The notes below the pieces were generated by a model. It made no database searches and was not told the origin of the DNA. It saw nothing but the letters and a program-made list of their open reading frames with translations. A stretch of 64,000 nucleotides of DNA from Candidatus Enterousia sp. (lineage in GTDB: Bacteria > Pseudomonadota > Alphaproteobacteria > Rs-D84): assembly GCA_045629645.1 (NCBI GenBank), contig JAZQRR010000006.1:3042-67041 (forward strand). The letters run 5' to 3'. Each line of letters opens with the position of its first letter. Position 1 is the first letter of the stretch. Shown piece after piece: positions 51,991-62,368 of the stretch. The translations under genes were made by a program, and so were the position numbers.

Positions 51991-53838
51991 ATGGGTTTGT
52001 TAAAAAAAATCTTTACCGCCATATTATCATGCACGATTGTATATAACAGTGCCTGTGCCAACGATTGCAGTAACGATATATATCGCCATCACAACCCTGA
52101 CAAATGTTCTGACACAAACCAGATACGTTGGGGCAAAGCCGCAGCGATTACAGGTGGTACCTTGGCACTGATTGGCGGAAGTATTGCCTTGTTTTCACAA
52201 TCTGGTGGCGCATCAAGTTCAGACAACACAAACCAAAACAGCACCCAAAAACATATTCCCACCACTGCAAATCGTGTTGGCAACGATGTTGACAATGTTC
52301 AACTATCAGCATTGACACAAACTTCTGAATACACACGAAACATCAGTCAATATAACGACATACGTCTGGCATATTCATTGGCACGCGGATATACGGGCAA
52401 AGATTCTACAATCGCTGTTTTTGACGCAGGTCCAAACACTTGGCATGGTCGTAATGTTGCGTACTTATCATCGGGGCATATTGCACCTGACGCAACCGTA
52501 AAATCATATCAGGTTGCAAAAAACACCAGTAATTTTTACAGTTTTGATAGAATTGCAGACATAATAAATACCGCTGCACCGGATACAAATATATTTAATT
52601 TCAGCTGGTCTGCAACAAACAGTTTTGCTACAGAAATAAAATCTCGCAAACAAATCGAAGCAATGTTTGGTCAAAAATTTATATCCAGCCTGACCGACGC
52701 CACAATAAATCACGACATAATACATGTTTGGGCTGCAGGGAACGATTATAATTCTCAATCCAGTGCATTATCTGCCCTGCCCCGCGTAATTCCAGAATTA
52801 AACGGACATTTTATCAACGTTGTTGCTTGGGACAGTTCTACCGGTCAACTGGCAGATTTCAGTAACGCGTGTGGTATTACCCAAAACTATTGCATCAGCG
52901 CCCCAGGCACAAACATTGTAACAACATCTGACGACCAAACGCTTAACGGCACCAGCTTTGCTGCACCGATTGTATCAGCAGCCATTGCCGTCATACAAGA
53001 AGCCTTTCCTTATATGAAATCGGCACAAATCACAGAATTATTATTTACAACCGCACGTGATGTTGGCGAACCTGGTATTGATGCAATATATGGACACGGT
53101 TTATTAGATTTAGAACGCGCAACCAGACCCGTTGGCGTCGCACTAGTTCCAATATCTGACAGTCTGAACACCCCATTGCAAACAGCCAGAGTCAGTGGCA
53201 CAATCGCCAAACAAATACAATCCCAAGACATAAAATTAGCATTTATTGACAGCTTTGGTCGTGCCTTTTCAACAAACTTAAACGACAACATATCCACCAA
53301 GAACCGAAGTATTGGTATTGAATACATACAAGAAAACACTGCCATGAACATCAAATTTGGCAATATTGAAATTGGTTTTCAAGACACAAATATCTTGGTC
53401 GCCGACAGCTTTTTACGCACAACAGACAACAACACAATGTCTTTTATCAAATATATCGACGACATAAAAATTGGTAATTTTGAATTTTTTCAACAATCTA
53501 AACTGGGCATATTTAAACCGCGTGCATCTGTTGACTCGTTAATAAACAAGTTTTCAAATGTTTATACCGCATCTGTTATGATTGGTGTACGTCGCGACGA
53601 TTTCAGTTTTTCAATCGGCATACCAGACACAATTATCAACGGCAATATGAACCTGCACACACCAACAGGACGACGTTCAAACGGCGAATACACATATCAA
53701 GATTACAAAATAGACTTGCGACAAAATCCATCTGTTGAATACGCCATAAATTACAAAAACATCCGTCTGGGCATTGTTGATAACGCCTATGGGACTGACG
53801 AAATATATATTTTAACAAAAACAAAAATTCAATTTTAA
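51991..53838 (+). CDS. subtilisin-like (S8) serine protease autotransporter
   Basis: 615 aa. Asp AVFDAGP, His WHGRNVA, Ser NGTSFAAPIVSAA. C-terminal beta-barrel ending ..ILTKTKIQF. Confidence 0.85.
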   Translation: MGLLKKIFTAILSCTIVYNSACANDCSNDIYRHHNPDKCSDTNQIRWGKAAAITGGTLALIGGSIALFSQSGGASSSDNTNQNSTQKHIPTTANRVGNDVDNVQLSALTQTSEYTRNISQYNDIRLAYSLARGYTGKDSTIAVFDAGPNTWHGRNVAYLSSGHIAPDATVKSYQVAKNTSNFYSFDRIADIINTAAPDTNIFNFSWSATNSFATEIKSRKQIEAMFGQKFISSLTDATINHDIIHVWAAGNDYNSQSSALSALPRVIPELNGHFINVVAWDSSTGQLADFSNACGITQNYCISAPGTNIVTTSDDQTLNGTSFAAPIVSAAIAVIQEAFPYMKSAQITELLFTTARDVGEPGIDAIYGHGLLDLERATRPVGVALVPISDSLNTPLQTARVSGTIAKQIQSQDIKLAFIDSFGRAFSTNLNDNISTKNRSIGIEYIQENTAMNIKFGNIEIGFQDTNILVADSFLRTTDNNTMSFIKYIDDIKIGNFEFFQQSKLGIFKPRASVDSLINKFSNVYTASVMIGVRRDDFSFSIGIPDTIINGNMNLHTPTGRRSNGEYTYQDYKIDLRQNPSVEYAINYKNIRLGIVDNAYGTDEIYILTKTKIQF

Positions 53839-53924
53839 TTAAATAAAAAACTCTTGCTTTTTTACCACATTGTTGCTCAAATAAAACATAGGAAATAAAA
53901 AACTCTAAACAAAGGAAGAAAAGT

Positions 53925-54374
53925 ATGGCAGGCAGCATAAATAAAGTCATCTTGGTTGGTAATATCGGTCAAGAACCACAGGTACGTACAATGGGCAGTG
54001 GTCAAAAAGTTGTCAGTTTTTCATTGGCAACATCTGATCGTTGGCGCGATCGTTCAACTGGGGAACAAAAGGAACAAACAGAATGGCATCGCGTTGTCAT
54101 ATTTAATCCGAATCTGGTCGAAGTTGCAGAACGTATGTTACAAAAAGGCACAAAATTATATCTAGAAGGTTCATTACGTACACGCAAATGGCAAAACCAA
54201 CAGGGTGTTGACGTTTTCACAACAGAAGTTGTATTGAATCCTTTTGCGGGTCAAATGGTTATTTTAAGTGGGTCCAAGGCAATTGATGGCGGCGATTTTG
54301 GTCCTGCGGCACCTGCGGCACAACCGCGTGAAGAAATATCTGTTTCTGAAATCGGCGACGATATTCCATTTTAA
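53925..54374 (+). CDS. ssb: single-stranded DNA-binding protein
   Basis: 149 aa. MAGSINKVILVGNIGQEPQVR.. OB fold. Acidic tip ..IGDDIPF. Confidence 0.96.
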   Translation: MAGSINKVILVGNIGQEPQVRTMGSGQKVVSFSLATSDRWRDRSTGEQKEQTEWHRVVIFNPNLVEVAERMLQKGTKLYLEGSLRTRKWQNQQGVDVFTTEVVLNPFAGQMVILSGSKAIDGGDFGPAAPAAQPREEISVSEIGDDIPF

Positions 54375-54402
54375 AAAAATCCCCAAATTGGGGATTTTTT
54401 TT
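54375..54402. terminator. bidirectional terminator (ATCCCC/GGGGAT family)
   Basis: AAAAATCCCCAAATTGGGGATTTTTTTT. Confidence 0.75.
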
Positions 54403-56179
54403 AATACACTACTATTTTCTTGAAAATTTCGGCTGGTATTGTTCCGCCTGTGATCTTTGAATTCATGGGCGTAAAGTCGTCATTTCCCATCCAAACACCT
54501 ATGACCAAATTATCAATTGCGCCAACAAACCACGCATCACGATTGCCATTACTGGTGCCTGTTTTTCCACCCAGCACCCCATTTGCACGGGCACGCCCCC
54601 CTGTTCCACCAACAGCAACAACATCAGCCAACATATCCGACATAAAACTAACCGTTTGTGGTTGCAAAACTTGAATTGCATCTGATGGATTACGTTCATA
54701 AATCAAGTTTCCAGACATATCTGTAATTTTTGTAATAGAATACGGACGCACCGAATAACCATCATTCCATATTACAGCGTAAATATTTGTTAAATCTAAC
54801 AAACTCATTTCCGACGCCCCCAAAACCGTCGAATATTCACGTCTTAATTTTGTACCGACCCCCAGACGTCCTGCCATACTTAACACTGCATCAATACCAT
54901 ACTGCTGGGTCAGTTTTAACGGAACAGAATTAACACTTTTTGCGAAAGCCGTCGCCAAGGTAATATCTCCGTAATACTTTTCATTATAATTCTTTGGGTT
55001 ATAATCCCCAATTGCAAACGGAGAATCATTAACATAAGAATCAGGTCTTAATCCATTTTCTAATGCAACCAAATAAACAACTGGTTTAAAACTACTGCCA
55101 GGTTGTCGTGCAGAAATTGCACGATTAAATTGACTGGCTTGATAATCACGCCCCCCAGCCATTGCACGCAACGCCCCATCATCATTCATTGCCACAACAG
55201 CACCCTGATATTCACCAACACTATCTTCCAGAACCGCGGCAACGTGGTCCTGCATATTCTTGTCCAACGTGGTATAGACATACATATCGGAATCAAAATC
55301 CCCTATTCTGGATTTTAATTCATCCATAACAAAGTCTGTCCAATATCTGTAATTATTAGTATCTTTTATTCCTGAGGCCGGCTTTAAATTTTGTGCTGCA
55401 TAACGTGCTTGATTCACTGTGATATACCCTTGGCGTACCATTTCCGTCAAGACAACACGCGCACGCGCAATATTTTTATCCGGATTACGCAGTGGACTAT
55501 ACGTCGTCGGAGCCTTTAACATAGCTGCTATTTGTGCCGCCTGACCAACAGACAATTCTTTGGCAGGAACCTGAAACATCATACGCGCAGCAGCATCAAT
55601 CCCACGCATTCCCCCGACCAAAGACACGCGATTCATATACAAATCCAATATCTGATTCTTCGAGAAACGATTTTCTAACCAACAAGACAATATTAATTCT
55701 TTTACTTTGCGCGACATTTTCTTTTCACGCGACAAAAACACGTTTTTTGCGGTTTGTTGCGTTATTGTCGAACCGCCCGCCGCAACACGTCCTGACAATA
55801 AATTAGAAAAAACCGCACGCGTTAAACCACGAACATCAACCGGACCATGTTCAAAAAAGCGTTTATCTTCAATTGCAACAATTGCTTGCCATACATGTGG
55901 TGGCAAAGAATCCACAGAAACAGGCGTCCCCATAATACGATTAGAACTACGGATTTCGCCACCATCTTTATCCAAGAACACAATCGCGGCATCTCGTTTT
56001 TCATGTAAAATATGGTCCAAAGACGGCATCTGCAAATAAATCCATGTAATATATCCCGCAATTACAACACCGCCCAACAAAACGACATTTAACCCCAGCG
56101 CGCAACAACGTCCAAAAAAACTGCGTTTTTTATCTTCTTGTTTATTTTTTAAATTCTTCTTTGTTTTTTCCGTCCGCAT
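54401..56179 (-). CDS. mrcA: bifunctional penicillin-binding protein 1A (glycosyltransferase/transpeptidase)
   Basis: Trimmed to ATG 56179. GT51 motifs AIEDKRFFEHGPVD and GGSTITQQ. Transpeptidase SxxK in RQPGSSFKP, and KTGTS. Confidence 0.92.
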   Translation of the reverse strand: MRTEKTKKNLKNKQEDKKRSFFGRCCALGLNVVLLGGVVIAGYITWIYLQMPSLDHILHEKRDAAIVFLDKDGGEIRSSNRIMGTPVSVDSLPPHVWQAIVAIEDKRFFEHGPVDVRGLTRAVFSNLLSGRVAAGGSTITQQTAKNVFLSREKKMSRKVKELILSCWLENRFSKNQILDLYMNRVSLVGGMRGIDAAARMMFQVPAKELSVGQAAQIAAMLKAPTTYSPLRNPDKNIARARVVLTEMVRQGYITVNQARYAAQNLKPASGIKDTNNYRYWTDFVMDELKSRIGDFDSDMYVYTTLDKNMQDHVAAVLEDSVGEYQGAVVAMNDDGALRAMAGGRDYQASQFNRAISARQPGSSFKPVVYLVALENGLRPDSYVNDSPFAIGDYNPKNYNEKYYGDITLATAFAKSVNSVPLKLTQQYGIDAVLSMAGRLGVGTKLRREYSTVLGASEMSLLDLTNIYAVIWNDGYSVRPYSITKITDMSGNLIYERNPSDAIQVLQPQTVSFMSDMLADVVAVGGTGGRARANGVLGGKTGTSNGNRDAWFVGAIDNLVIGVWMGNDDFTPMNSKITGGTIPAEIFKKIVVY

Positions 56180-56275
56180 ACCCCTAATCCTATGCTTGCA
56201 TTTTATCACAAACCCCTTGCGTTTTTAAGCATAATTTATAATGATATCAACATACCAAAAGGAAAGGATTCATAT

Positions 56276-56911
56276 ATGAAAACATCGCTTATTGTATCAG
56301 TTTTATGTTTATCATTTATAACACCGGCACTGGCAAACGATTATTGGAACGAATACAACCCACAAACAAAACGGGACAATTACGCAGGAATCAGGATACA
56401 CAAAAACGAAAATATTGCATTTAAATACGACTTGGTTGGCACTGGCAAGACCACTGTCCGCCGCGACAACTTTGGTATTGGTGGCTATATTGGCAATCGT
56501 TTAAGCGACCACGTAAAAATAGAATTTGAAACATCATACACCGGCGGCGCACAAAATGATTTTGATGCAAAATACGACTTTGACGTATGGGCGAATATGT
56601 TTAACATATACCTGTTCCAAGAATTCTCGGGAGCAATAGAACCATACGCAGGATTTGGTATCGGATTCACAACAATATGGGGCAGCATCGATACAAACAC
56701 ATACCACATATCAGATACGACATTTAACCTGTCTTATCAGGCAATGTTGGGTGTAAATTTTGCATTAAACGACAGAATAGATTTAAACGTGGGCATAAAG
56801 TACCAATACTATGGCGAATTGGAACACAAATTGCACGGCACACGCTTTGCAGAAACCAAGGTTGACGCCACAGAAATATACTTTGGTGCAGCCTATAAAT
56901 TCAGTTTGTAA
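56276..56911 (+). CDS. small outer-membrane beta-barrel protein (OMP_b-brl)
   Basis: Trimmed to ATG 56276 (AAAGGAAAGGA upstream). Signal ..FITPALA, terminal ..FGAAYKFSL. Confidence 0.75.
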   Translation: MKTSLIVSVLCLSFITPALANDYWNEYNPQTKRDNYAGIRIHKNENIAFKYDLVGTGKTTVRRDNFGIGGYIGNRLSDHVKIEFETSYTGGAQNDFDAKYDFDVWANMFNIYLFQEFSGAIEPYAGFGIGFTTIWGSIDTNTYHISDTTFNLSYQAMLGVNFALNDRIDLNVGIKYQYYGELEHKLHGTRFAETKVDATEIYFGAAYKFSL

Positions 56912-56938
56912 AAAAATCCCCATAATGGGGATTTTTTT
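56912..56938. terminator. bidirectional terminator (ATCCCC/GGGGAT family)
   Basis: AAAAATCCCCATAATGGGGATTTTTTT. Confidence 0.75.
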
Positions 56939-57536
56939 ATTTCGATAAAATTGGTGTTATTACTTTATCAGCAACCAACGCCTTATAACGTATAAAACCT
57001 TCCATCAGTCGGCACGCTTCAAGATATGCCGCCCGTTTGTCTTGGTTGAACCTATCTTCTTCAAGCGCCTTTTCTTTTCTTTTTAAACGCGCCTTCAAAA
57101 TATCTTCTCGAAAAGAATCTATATTACGTGGAATAGAAAAGACACTCAAATCTGCGTTAAATTTTTTACGTTCTTCAACCGCAGCATTGAATTTTGGATT
57201 TTGTTCCAAGAACTGTCTCATCATATCTTGCCACAAAACAAGCAATTTAGTATCTTCATCGATACAATATGTTTTCGCCCTTTTCTTGGACAAACCGGCA
57301 AAACGCTCTGCTTCCAACATAGATCTATTATCAAACAATTCTTTCATCAAGAAACCTACCAACTTTGCAATTTCAGGATCCGATGAATACATCTTGTTAA
57401 AAGCCCTGACGTTTCTTACCTTGAAAGCCTTAATCCAACAACATAACATTATTTTAACAAATTTTGGCCCCATTTTTTTATACTTATCGGCCATTTTCTG
57501 ATCCGTCTCTGCACCCATATACAAATCTAATTTCAT
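56937..57536 (-). CDS. hypothetical cytoplasmic protein
   Basis: 199-aa ORF with SD AAGGGGA. Lys/Glu-rich helical sequence. No family recognised. Confidence 0.6.
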   Translation of the reverse strand: MKLDLYMGAETDQKMADKYKKMGPKFVKIMLCCWIKAFKVRNVRAFNKMYSSDPEIAKLVGFLMKELFDNRSMLEAERFAGLSKKRAKTYCIDEDTKLLVLWQDMMRQFLEQNPKFNAAVEERKKFNADLSVFSIPRNIDSFREDILKARLKRKEKALEEDRFNQDKRAAYLEACRLMEGFIRYKALVADKVITPILSK

Positions 57537-57637
57537 AATATCCCCTTTATATTATTTACGCATATAATAAAGTAGAAAAACATAAAATCAAGTACAAAAT
57601 TTACTTTTTGTGTTTTTTAAATAACCTATACACCAAT

Positions 57638-57666
57638 AAAAAAAATCCCCATAACGGGGATTTTTT
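57638..57666 (-). terminator. rho-independent terminator after rpsD (ATCCCC/GGGGAT family)
   Basis: AAAAAAAATCCCCATAACGGGGATTTTTT. Confidence 0.7.
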
Positions 57667-57674
57667 CGTCATTA

Positions 57675-58307
57675 TTAACGAGAATAAAATTCGACGACCA
57701 ACTCTGGGAACATCTGAACCGGATATGGCACATCTTCAAATGCAGGAACACGAACATATGTTGCTGTAAAGTTTGCACTGTCAACTGCAACATAGTCTGC
57801 AAAATTACGTTCCGCAGATTCCAACGCCAAAACAACCAATGGCATCTGTTTTGCTTTTTCGCTGACTGTGATAACATCACCAGGGTTAACACGATAAGAA
57901 GCAACCTTAACACGTTTGCCATTAACATTGATATGACCGTGGCTGATTAACTGACGAGAAGAGAATACTGTTGGTGCCAATTTTGCGCGATAAACAACAG
58001 CATCCAAACGACGTTCCAACAAACCAATCAAGTTTTCTGGTGTGTCGCCCTTCATATTTACAGCTTCTAAATAATATTTGCGGAATTTCTTTTCGCCAAC
58101 ATTACCATAATATCCCTTCAATGTCTGTTTTGCACGCATCTGCTTTGCATAATCAGAAGAACTGCCACCGCGGGATGTTGGACCATGCTGACCTGGTTTA
58201 TATTTACGTTTATTAAATGGAGATTTTGCCTGACCCCACAAATTCACACCCAAACTACGGGCGATTTTCAATTTACGTGTGCTACGTTTTGCACCTGCTC
58301 TTGCCAT
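57675..58307 (-). CDS. rpsD: 30S ribosomal protein S4
   Basis: 210 aa. [25 protein letters not shown].., S4 domain ..[34 protein letters not shown]... Confidence 0.97.
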   Translation of the reverse strand: MARAGAKRSTRKLKIARSLGVNLWGQAKSPFNKRKYKPGQHGPTSRGGSSSDYAKQMRAKQTLKGYYGNVGEKKFRKYYLEAVNMKGDTPENLIGLLERRLDAVVYRAKLAPTVFSSRQLISHGHINVNGKRVKVASYRVNPGDVITVSEKAKQMPLVVLALESAERNFADYVAVDSANFTATYVRVPAFEDVPYPVQMFPELVVEFYSR

Positions 58308-58509
58308 TTTTATATCCTTTTTTTGGTTTTTTGGTGCCGAGTATCAACAGAATCCTTATCATATATGGGACCAAAATGCACCATAACTTAATCAGTTCTG
58401 ATTACCCAGCAAGGCATACTTTATACATTTTCATTTAAAAAATCAAGTATTTTCTGGACATCTAAAAAAATCCCATACAAAACCATTGTACGGGATTCAA
58501 TAGCGTATT

Positions 58510-58665
58510 TTATTTACTGTCGTTACCACCAAAGGTTATACCGTGTCGTGCCAACATAGCAGCAACATTTAATGCTTCCATACCCTTGTTAAAGCCACGA
58601 ACCTTGCTTCCCTGCTGTTGCAGAGTTGCTGTACCTAATCCAAATTTTTTTACCATATCAGTCAT
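58510..58665 (-). CDS. 51-aa hypothetical small protein
   Basis: Track ORF trimmed to ATG 58665 (AAGAGG 9 nt upstream). MTDMVKKFGLGTATLQQQGSKVRGFNKGMEALNVAAMLARHGITFGGNDSK. Hairpin terminator downstream. Confidence 0.5.
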   Translation of the reverse strand: MTDMVKKFGLGTATLQQQGSKVRGFNKGMEALNVAAMLARHGITFGGNDSK

Positions 58666-58737
58666 TTCAAATGCCTCTTTAAAACACCTCTCTGACAATG
58701 GACAATATATACCAACAAAAACTTTTTGTCAAGCATT

Positions 58738-60144
58738 TTATTGTTCACACCCATATTCACCACATTCACCAACTGTAACCTCTTCGACAGATATTTCCAT
58801 CGGCACAGCTTTTGGTTCTTCTGTATAGTGAATTTCCTTTACAACACGCACACGACGATTTGCCGCATTTGGTGTATTATTTGGTGTTGGCACCGCCAAG
58901 TCTTCTTCACCCGCAGACACAGCGACTATCTGACTGGCCGGAATACCATATTCTATCAGCATTTTCTGCACTGCTTCGGCACGACGTCCACCCAACGCAT
59001 AATTATAATCACTGGACCCTGCGGTATCAGTATGTCCAACAACAGAAACCTTGATATTCTTATTTTCCTGGGTTGCTGATGCTAACTGACGTATCAAATC
59101 TTGATATTCAGGCTTAATATTAGACTTATCAAAATCAAATCTGATTTCAAAAACTTCTTCCATAACATGCTGTTTTGGTTCCAGCGGAATTTGTTGTACT
59201 TTGATAAAAGTCTTTTCGCCAGATGCATTTTGTAATTTATCCAAACGTGCATTTATCGCCGCCAATTCAGATCGCATTGCCATCATCATATTAATAAATT
59301 CCTGACGAGACACAAACTCTTTCCCGACTTCAGGCAATCCTTCTGTGGTATTTTCAACATGTTTATCCCCACCATAAATGTTTTGATTAAATACCATTGG
59401 CTGAACTGGCACAGGATTAATCAAATGTTCTGGAATATTAACATTATTTACAATAATGACACCATCACGTGCCTGAGAAGACATCGGCATTACATTACGA
59501 GTATCTGGATAAAAACGTTGTTCCTGTTTCACCGCAGTTTCAACTGTTTTTGTTTTTTCTGTTTTCTTAACAATTTTACCACCAGTACAATCACGCAACG
59601 CAGTCATTGTTTTCTGGAAACGGTCACGACATTCCTGTGCTGTTGCGATTTGTCCACTGGCAGACGCAGACAACCAGCAATCAAATTTCGCCTGTGCTTC
59701 GGCCGCCAACTCAGGATTTGTATAAGACGCATCGTTTTTCAACTGATCCATCAACTGATTATATGCACTGTACAATTCAAAAGATTCTTGTTCGTTTTCA
59801 ACTGGCCAATTTTCCATAGATTCTGGGAACGGCACATCACCTGAAAACGCCGCCACAGCCTTGTTTGCGAACAATTCGCCCATATCAGCATACCCACTGG
59901 TACGCGCATTATATATTGCATAAGAACGATAATTCATCGCCAACTGATTCAAGAAAGAATCCTGATGTGGTGCCGAATAAACATCCAACGATTCGACATA
60001 ATCCACCGTTGGGGTATCAACAGGACCATAATATTCCATATCATACGCACGATTTTGTTGTGCACACGCCGCCAACATCACGACCCCTGCCAACATCAAA
60101 ACACGCGACACAACCCATGTTGCAACACCAGACTTATTACTCAT
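58738..60144 (-). CDS. OmpA-family lipoprotein (peptidoglycan-binding C-terminal domain)
   Basis: 468 aa. Lipobox VMLAAC. OmpA_C motif ..VSVVGHTDTAGSSDYNYALGGRRAEAV.. with ..NRRVRV... Cys-rich tail GECGEYGCEQ. Confidence 0.85.
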   Translation of the reverse strand: MSNKSGVATWVVSRVLMLAGVVMLAACAQQNRAYDMEYYGPVDTPTVDYVESLDVYSAPHQDSFLNQLAMNYRSYAIYNARTSGYADMGELFANKAVAAFSGDVPFPESMENWPVENEQESFELYSAYNQLMDQLKNDASYTNPELAAEAQAKFDCWLSASASGQIATAQECRDRFQKTMTALRDCTGGKIVKKTEKTKTVETAVKQEQRFYPDTRNVMPMSSQARDGVIIVNNVNIPEHLINPVPVQPMVFNQNIYGGDKHVENTTEGLPEVGKEFVSRQEFINMMMAMRSELAAINARLDKLQNASGEKTFIKVQQIPLEPKQHVMEEVFEIRFDFDKSNIKPEYQDLIRQLASATQENKNIKVSVVGHTDTAGSSDYNYALGGRRAEAVQKMLIEYGIPASQIVAVSAGEEDLAVPTPNNTPNAANRRVRVVKEIHYTEEPKAVPMEISVEEVTVGECGEYGCEQ

Positions 60145-60240
60145 AACAAAATCCTTCCTTGTTTTATTTCTTTAATTATACGAAAAATCATAAAGTTAGT
60201 AAAGCAGAAAAAACAGCACGAACGCCGACATATACAAACG

Positions 60241-61053
60241 CTATTTTGCCAAGAACTGTGTTGCAACACCACCCAACGATTGCAATGCACCACCCATATT
60301 AGATTTATTTACATTTGCGACACTACCCACCACATCCATAATCGACGCAGTATTTGTTTTTTGTCCCATACTACCAATTGTCGTCGTCAAAAATTCGCCC
60401 CACAACGCTTTTTTACGCGCATCTAATTTAGCGGTCGAGCAGTTTTCAATTTTCGCCATCAGTTTACTGGCCATCGTCAATTCTGATGCAGTATAATCAC
60501 TTTGTGTAAAATCGACCATATTAAATATGTCATACACATTTGAAACTTTGACTTTTTCTTTATCAGAACAAGACTCAGACCCGTCATTACAATAAGTGAT
60601 TAATTTAGCCTCTGGAAAACCGGCCCATACCATACCTTCATTGGCAGTACCAGTATACGCATCAAAACAAATACTCTCTGTATCGTCTGTACCCGCCGCC
60701 ATACGCGAAGTACTATCGTATGATTCATTCCCCTTGCACGCCTTTCTGCCCAGTTTTGTTTCAATATCTTCCGCGCTGGCGGCGCCTGTTTTTGCCCACT
60801 CCTTCACAATAGTATTTACCCATTGTATTTCCTGGGTCGATGGCAGACATTCTTCGGTCAATGCTTTTTGTTGCTGATTCATTTGCATAACGCCACTGAC
60901 CAGACCAATAACAGTTGGCACCAAACTGGCACCTGCATCCTTGGCTTCGACCTTCTTGGTTGCCACAGGCGCAGCCTTTTTAATCGTAACAGCAGACGCC
61001 GCGTGCGGCACAACCAAACTTAACACAGAAAATATCAGTAAAAACTTTCTCAT
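60241..61053 (-). CDS. secreted hypothetical protein with 6 Cys
   Basis: 270 aa. Signal MRKFLLIFSVLSLVVPHAASA. TATAAT and AAGAGAG lie upstream. Confidence 0.65.
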   Translation of the reverse strand: MRKFLLIFSVLSLVVPHAASAVTIKKAAPVATKKVEAKDAGASLVPTVIGLVSGVMQMNQQQKALTEECLPSTQEIQWVNTIVKEWAKTGAASAEDIETKLGRKACKGNESYDSTSRMAAGTDDTESICFDAYTGTANEGMVWAGFPEAKLITYCNDGSESCSDKEKVKVSNVYDIFNMVDFTQSDYTASELTMASKLMAKIENCSTAKLDARKKALWGEFLTTTIGSMGQKTNTASIMDVVGSVANVNKSNMGGALQSLGGVATQFLAK

Positions 61054-61139
61054 CTCTCTTAGGGATGATTATAACACAAAAAAAATCGACTTGAAAGATA
61101 AAAATTGCATTTTTAATAATGTCGCGCTAAACTGCGAAT

Positions 61140-61619
61140 ATGAACAAAGACAAACGCAACTTTATAATATTTACAAAACACCGCCGTTTAAAGCGTCTGT
61201 GGCAGTTTTTTTTCACCGGTTGGGGTCTGGTTATGGTTGCGGCACTGGTTGCGGGGTCCTTGTTTACCAAACAGATTTTATGGTCTCCTATATCCGCAAT
61301 AAATATGTCCGACATTGTAACGAACCAGTTTAAAATGTCTGGTGCATCATTTGTTGGCACGGACAAGAATGGCGAACCTTTTAAAATACGTGCAAAAATC
61401 GGCTACCAAGAATATGAAAAACCTGATATAATTTTCATGGAAACGATATCTGGCACCGTCAGTCGCACATCCAACAAGAAAAAAATCATTGACAACATTA
61501 CTGCGAACCACGGACAATACAACCGCGCGAACAAGACAATAACTCTTATCGGGAACGTCCATATTGATTCCAGTAACGGCGACAAGATAATAACAAAAGA
61601 ATTGGTAATAAAGTTATGA
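61140..61619 (+). CDS. lptC: LptC-like LPS export protein (membrane-anchored)
   Basis: 159 aa. N-terminal TM, then a beta-jellyroll-like sequence ..MSGASFVGTDKNGEPFKIRA.. and ..TLIGNVHIDSSNGDKI... Its stop overlaps the lptB start (ATGA). Confidence 0.65.
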   Translation: MNKDKRNFIIFTKHRRLKRLWQFFFTGWGLVMVAALVAGSLFTKQILWSPISAINMSDIVTNQFKMSGASFVGTDKNGEPFKIRAKIGYQEYEKPDIIFMETISGTVSRTSNKKKIIDNITANHGQYNRANKTITLIGNVHIDSSNGDKIITKELVIKL

Positions 61620-62344
61620 AGCAGTCTGTATTACGCATTGAACATTTATCTAAATCATACGGCAAACGTATGGTTATCAAGGACATATCATTAATTGCAC
61701 GTCAGGGCGAATCGGTTGGTTTATTGGGACCAAACGGTGCTGGCAAAACAACTGCGTTTTATTGCATTACAGGCCAATTATCTGCAACAGGTGGCCAAAT
61801 ATTTTTAAACTCCCAGGACATTACACACCTGCCTTTTTATCAGCGTGCACGCCTGCACATTGGGTATCTGCCCCAGGAAAACAGCGTTTTTCGTGGTCTG
61901 ACGGTTGAACAAAATATTATGGCAATACTGGAAGTGGTCGAACCCAACAAAAAGAAAAGAATGGAAAAACTGGATTCTTTACTGGAAGAATTTTCCATAT
62001 CCAGCCTGCGTCGCAGTCCTGCGACCGCGCTGTCTGGTGGCGAACGCAGACGCGTTGAAATCGCACGTGCATTGGCAAACAACCCTAAATTCATATTGCT
62101 GGACGAACCGTTTGCCGGCATTGACCCAATTGCGGTAAATGAAATTCGCGGTTTGGTATCTCAGTTAAAAAATCGTGGTCTGGGCGTAATTATTACTGAT
62201 CACAATGTACGTGAAACATTGGGCATTACCGATCGCAGTTATGTTTTACACGATGGAAAAATATTAAAACACGGAACAACCGATGAGATTGTCCAAGACG
62301 AAATGGTAAAAAAAGTCTATCTGGGCGAAGATTTTGTGATGTAA
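61616..62344 (+). CDS. lptB: LPS export ABC transporter ATP-binding protein
   Basis: 242 aa. Walker A GPNGAGKTT, signature LSGGERRRVEIARAL, Walker B ILLDEPFAGIDP. Confidence 0.93.
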   Translation: MKQSVLRIEHLSKSYGKRMVIKDISLIARQGESVGLLGPNGAGKTTAFYCITGQLSATGGQIFLNSQDITHLPFYQRARLHIGYLPQENSVFRGLTVEQNIMAILEVVEPNKKKRMEKLDSLLEEFSISSLRRSPATALSGGERRRVEIARALANNPKFILLDEPFAGIDPIAVNEIRGLVSQLKNRGLGVIITDHNVRETLGITDRSYVLHDGKILKHGTTDEIVQDEMVKKVYLGEDFVM

Positions 62345-62368
62345 AAATCCCCGATTGGGGATTTTTTT
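62345..62368. terminator. bidirectional terminator (ATCCCC/GGGGAT family)
   Basis: AAATCCCCGATTGGGGATTTTTTT. Confidence 0.75.

Noticed and set aside
58308-58509. S4-autoregulatory leader upstream of rpsD (long hairpin GGTGC...GCACC)
   Set aside because: It is plausible by analogy with Bacillus rpsD, but I see no recognisable conserved pseudoknot. I kept it out of the feature list.
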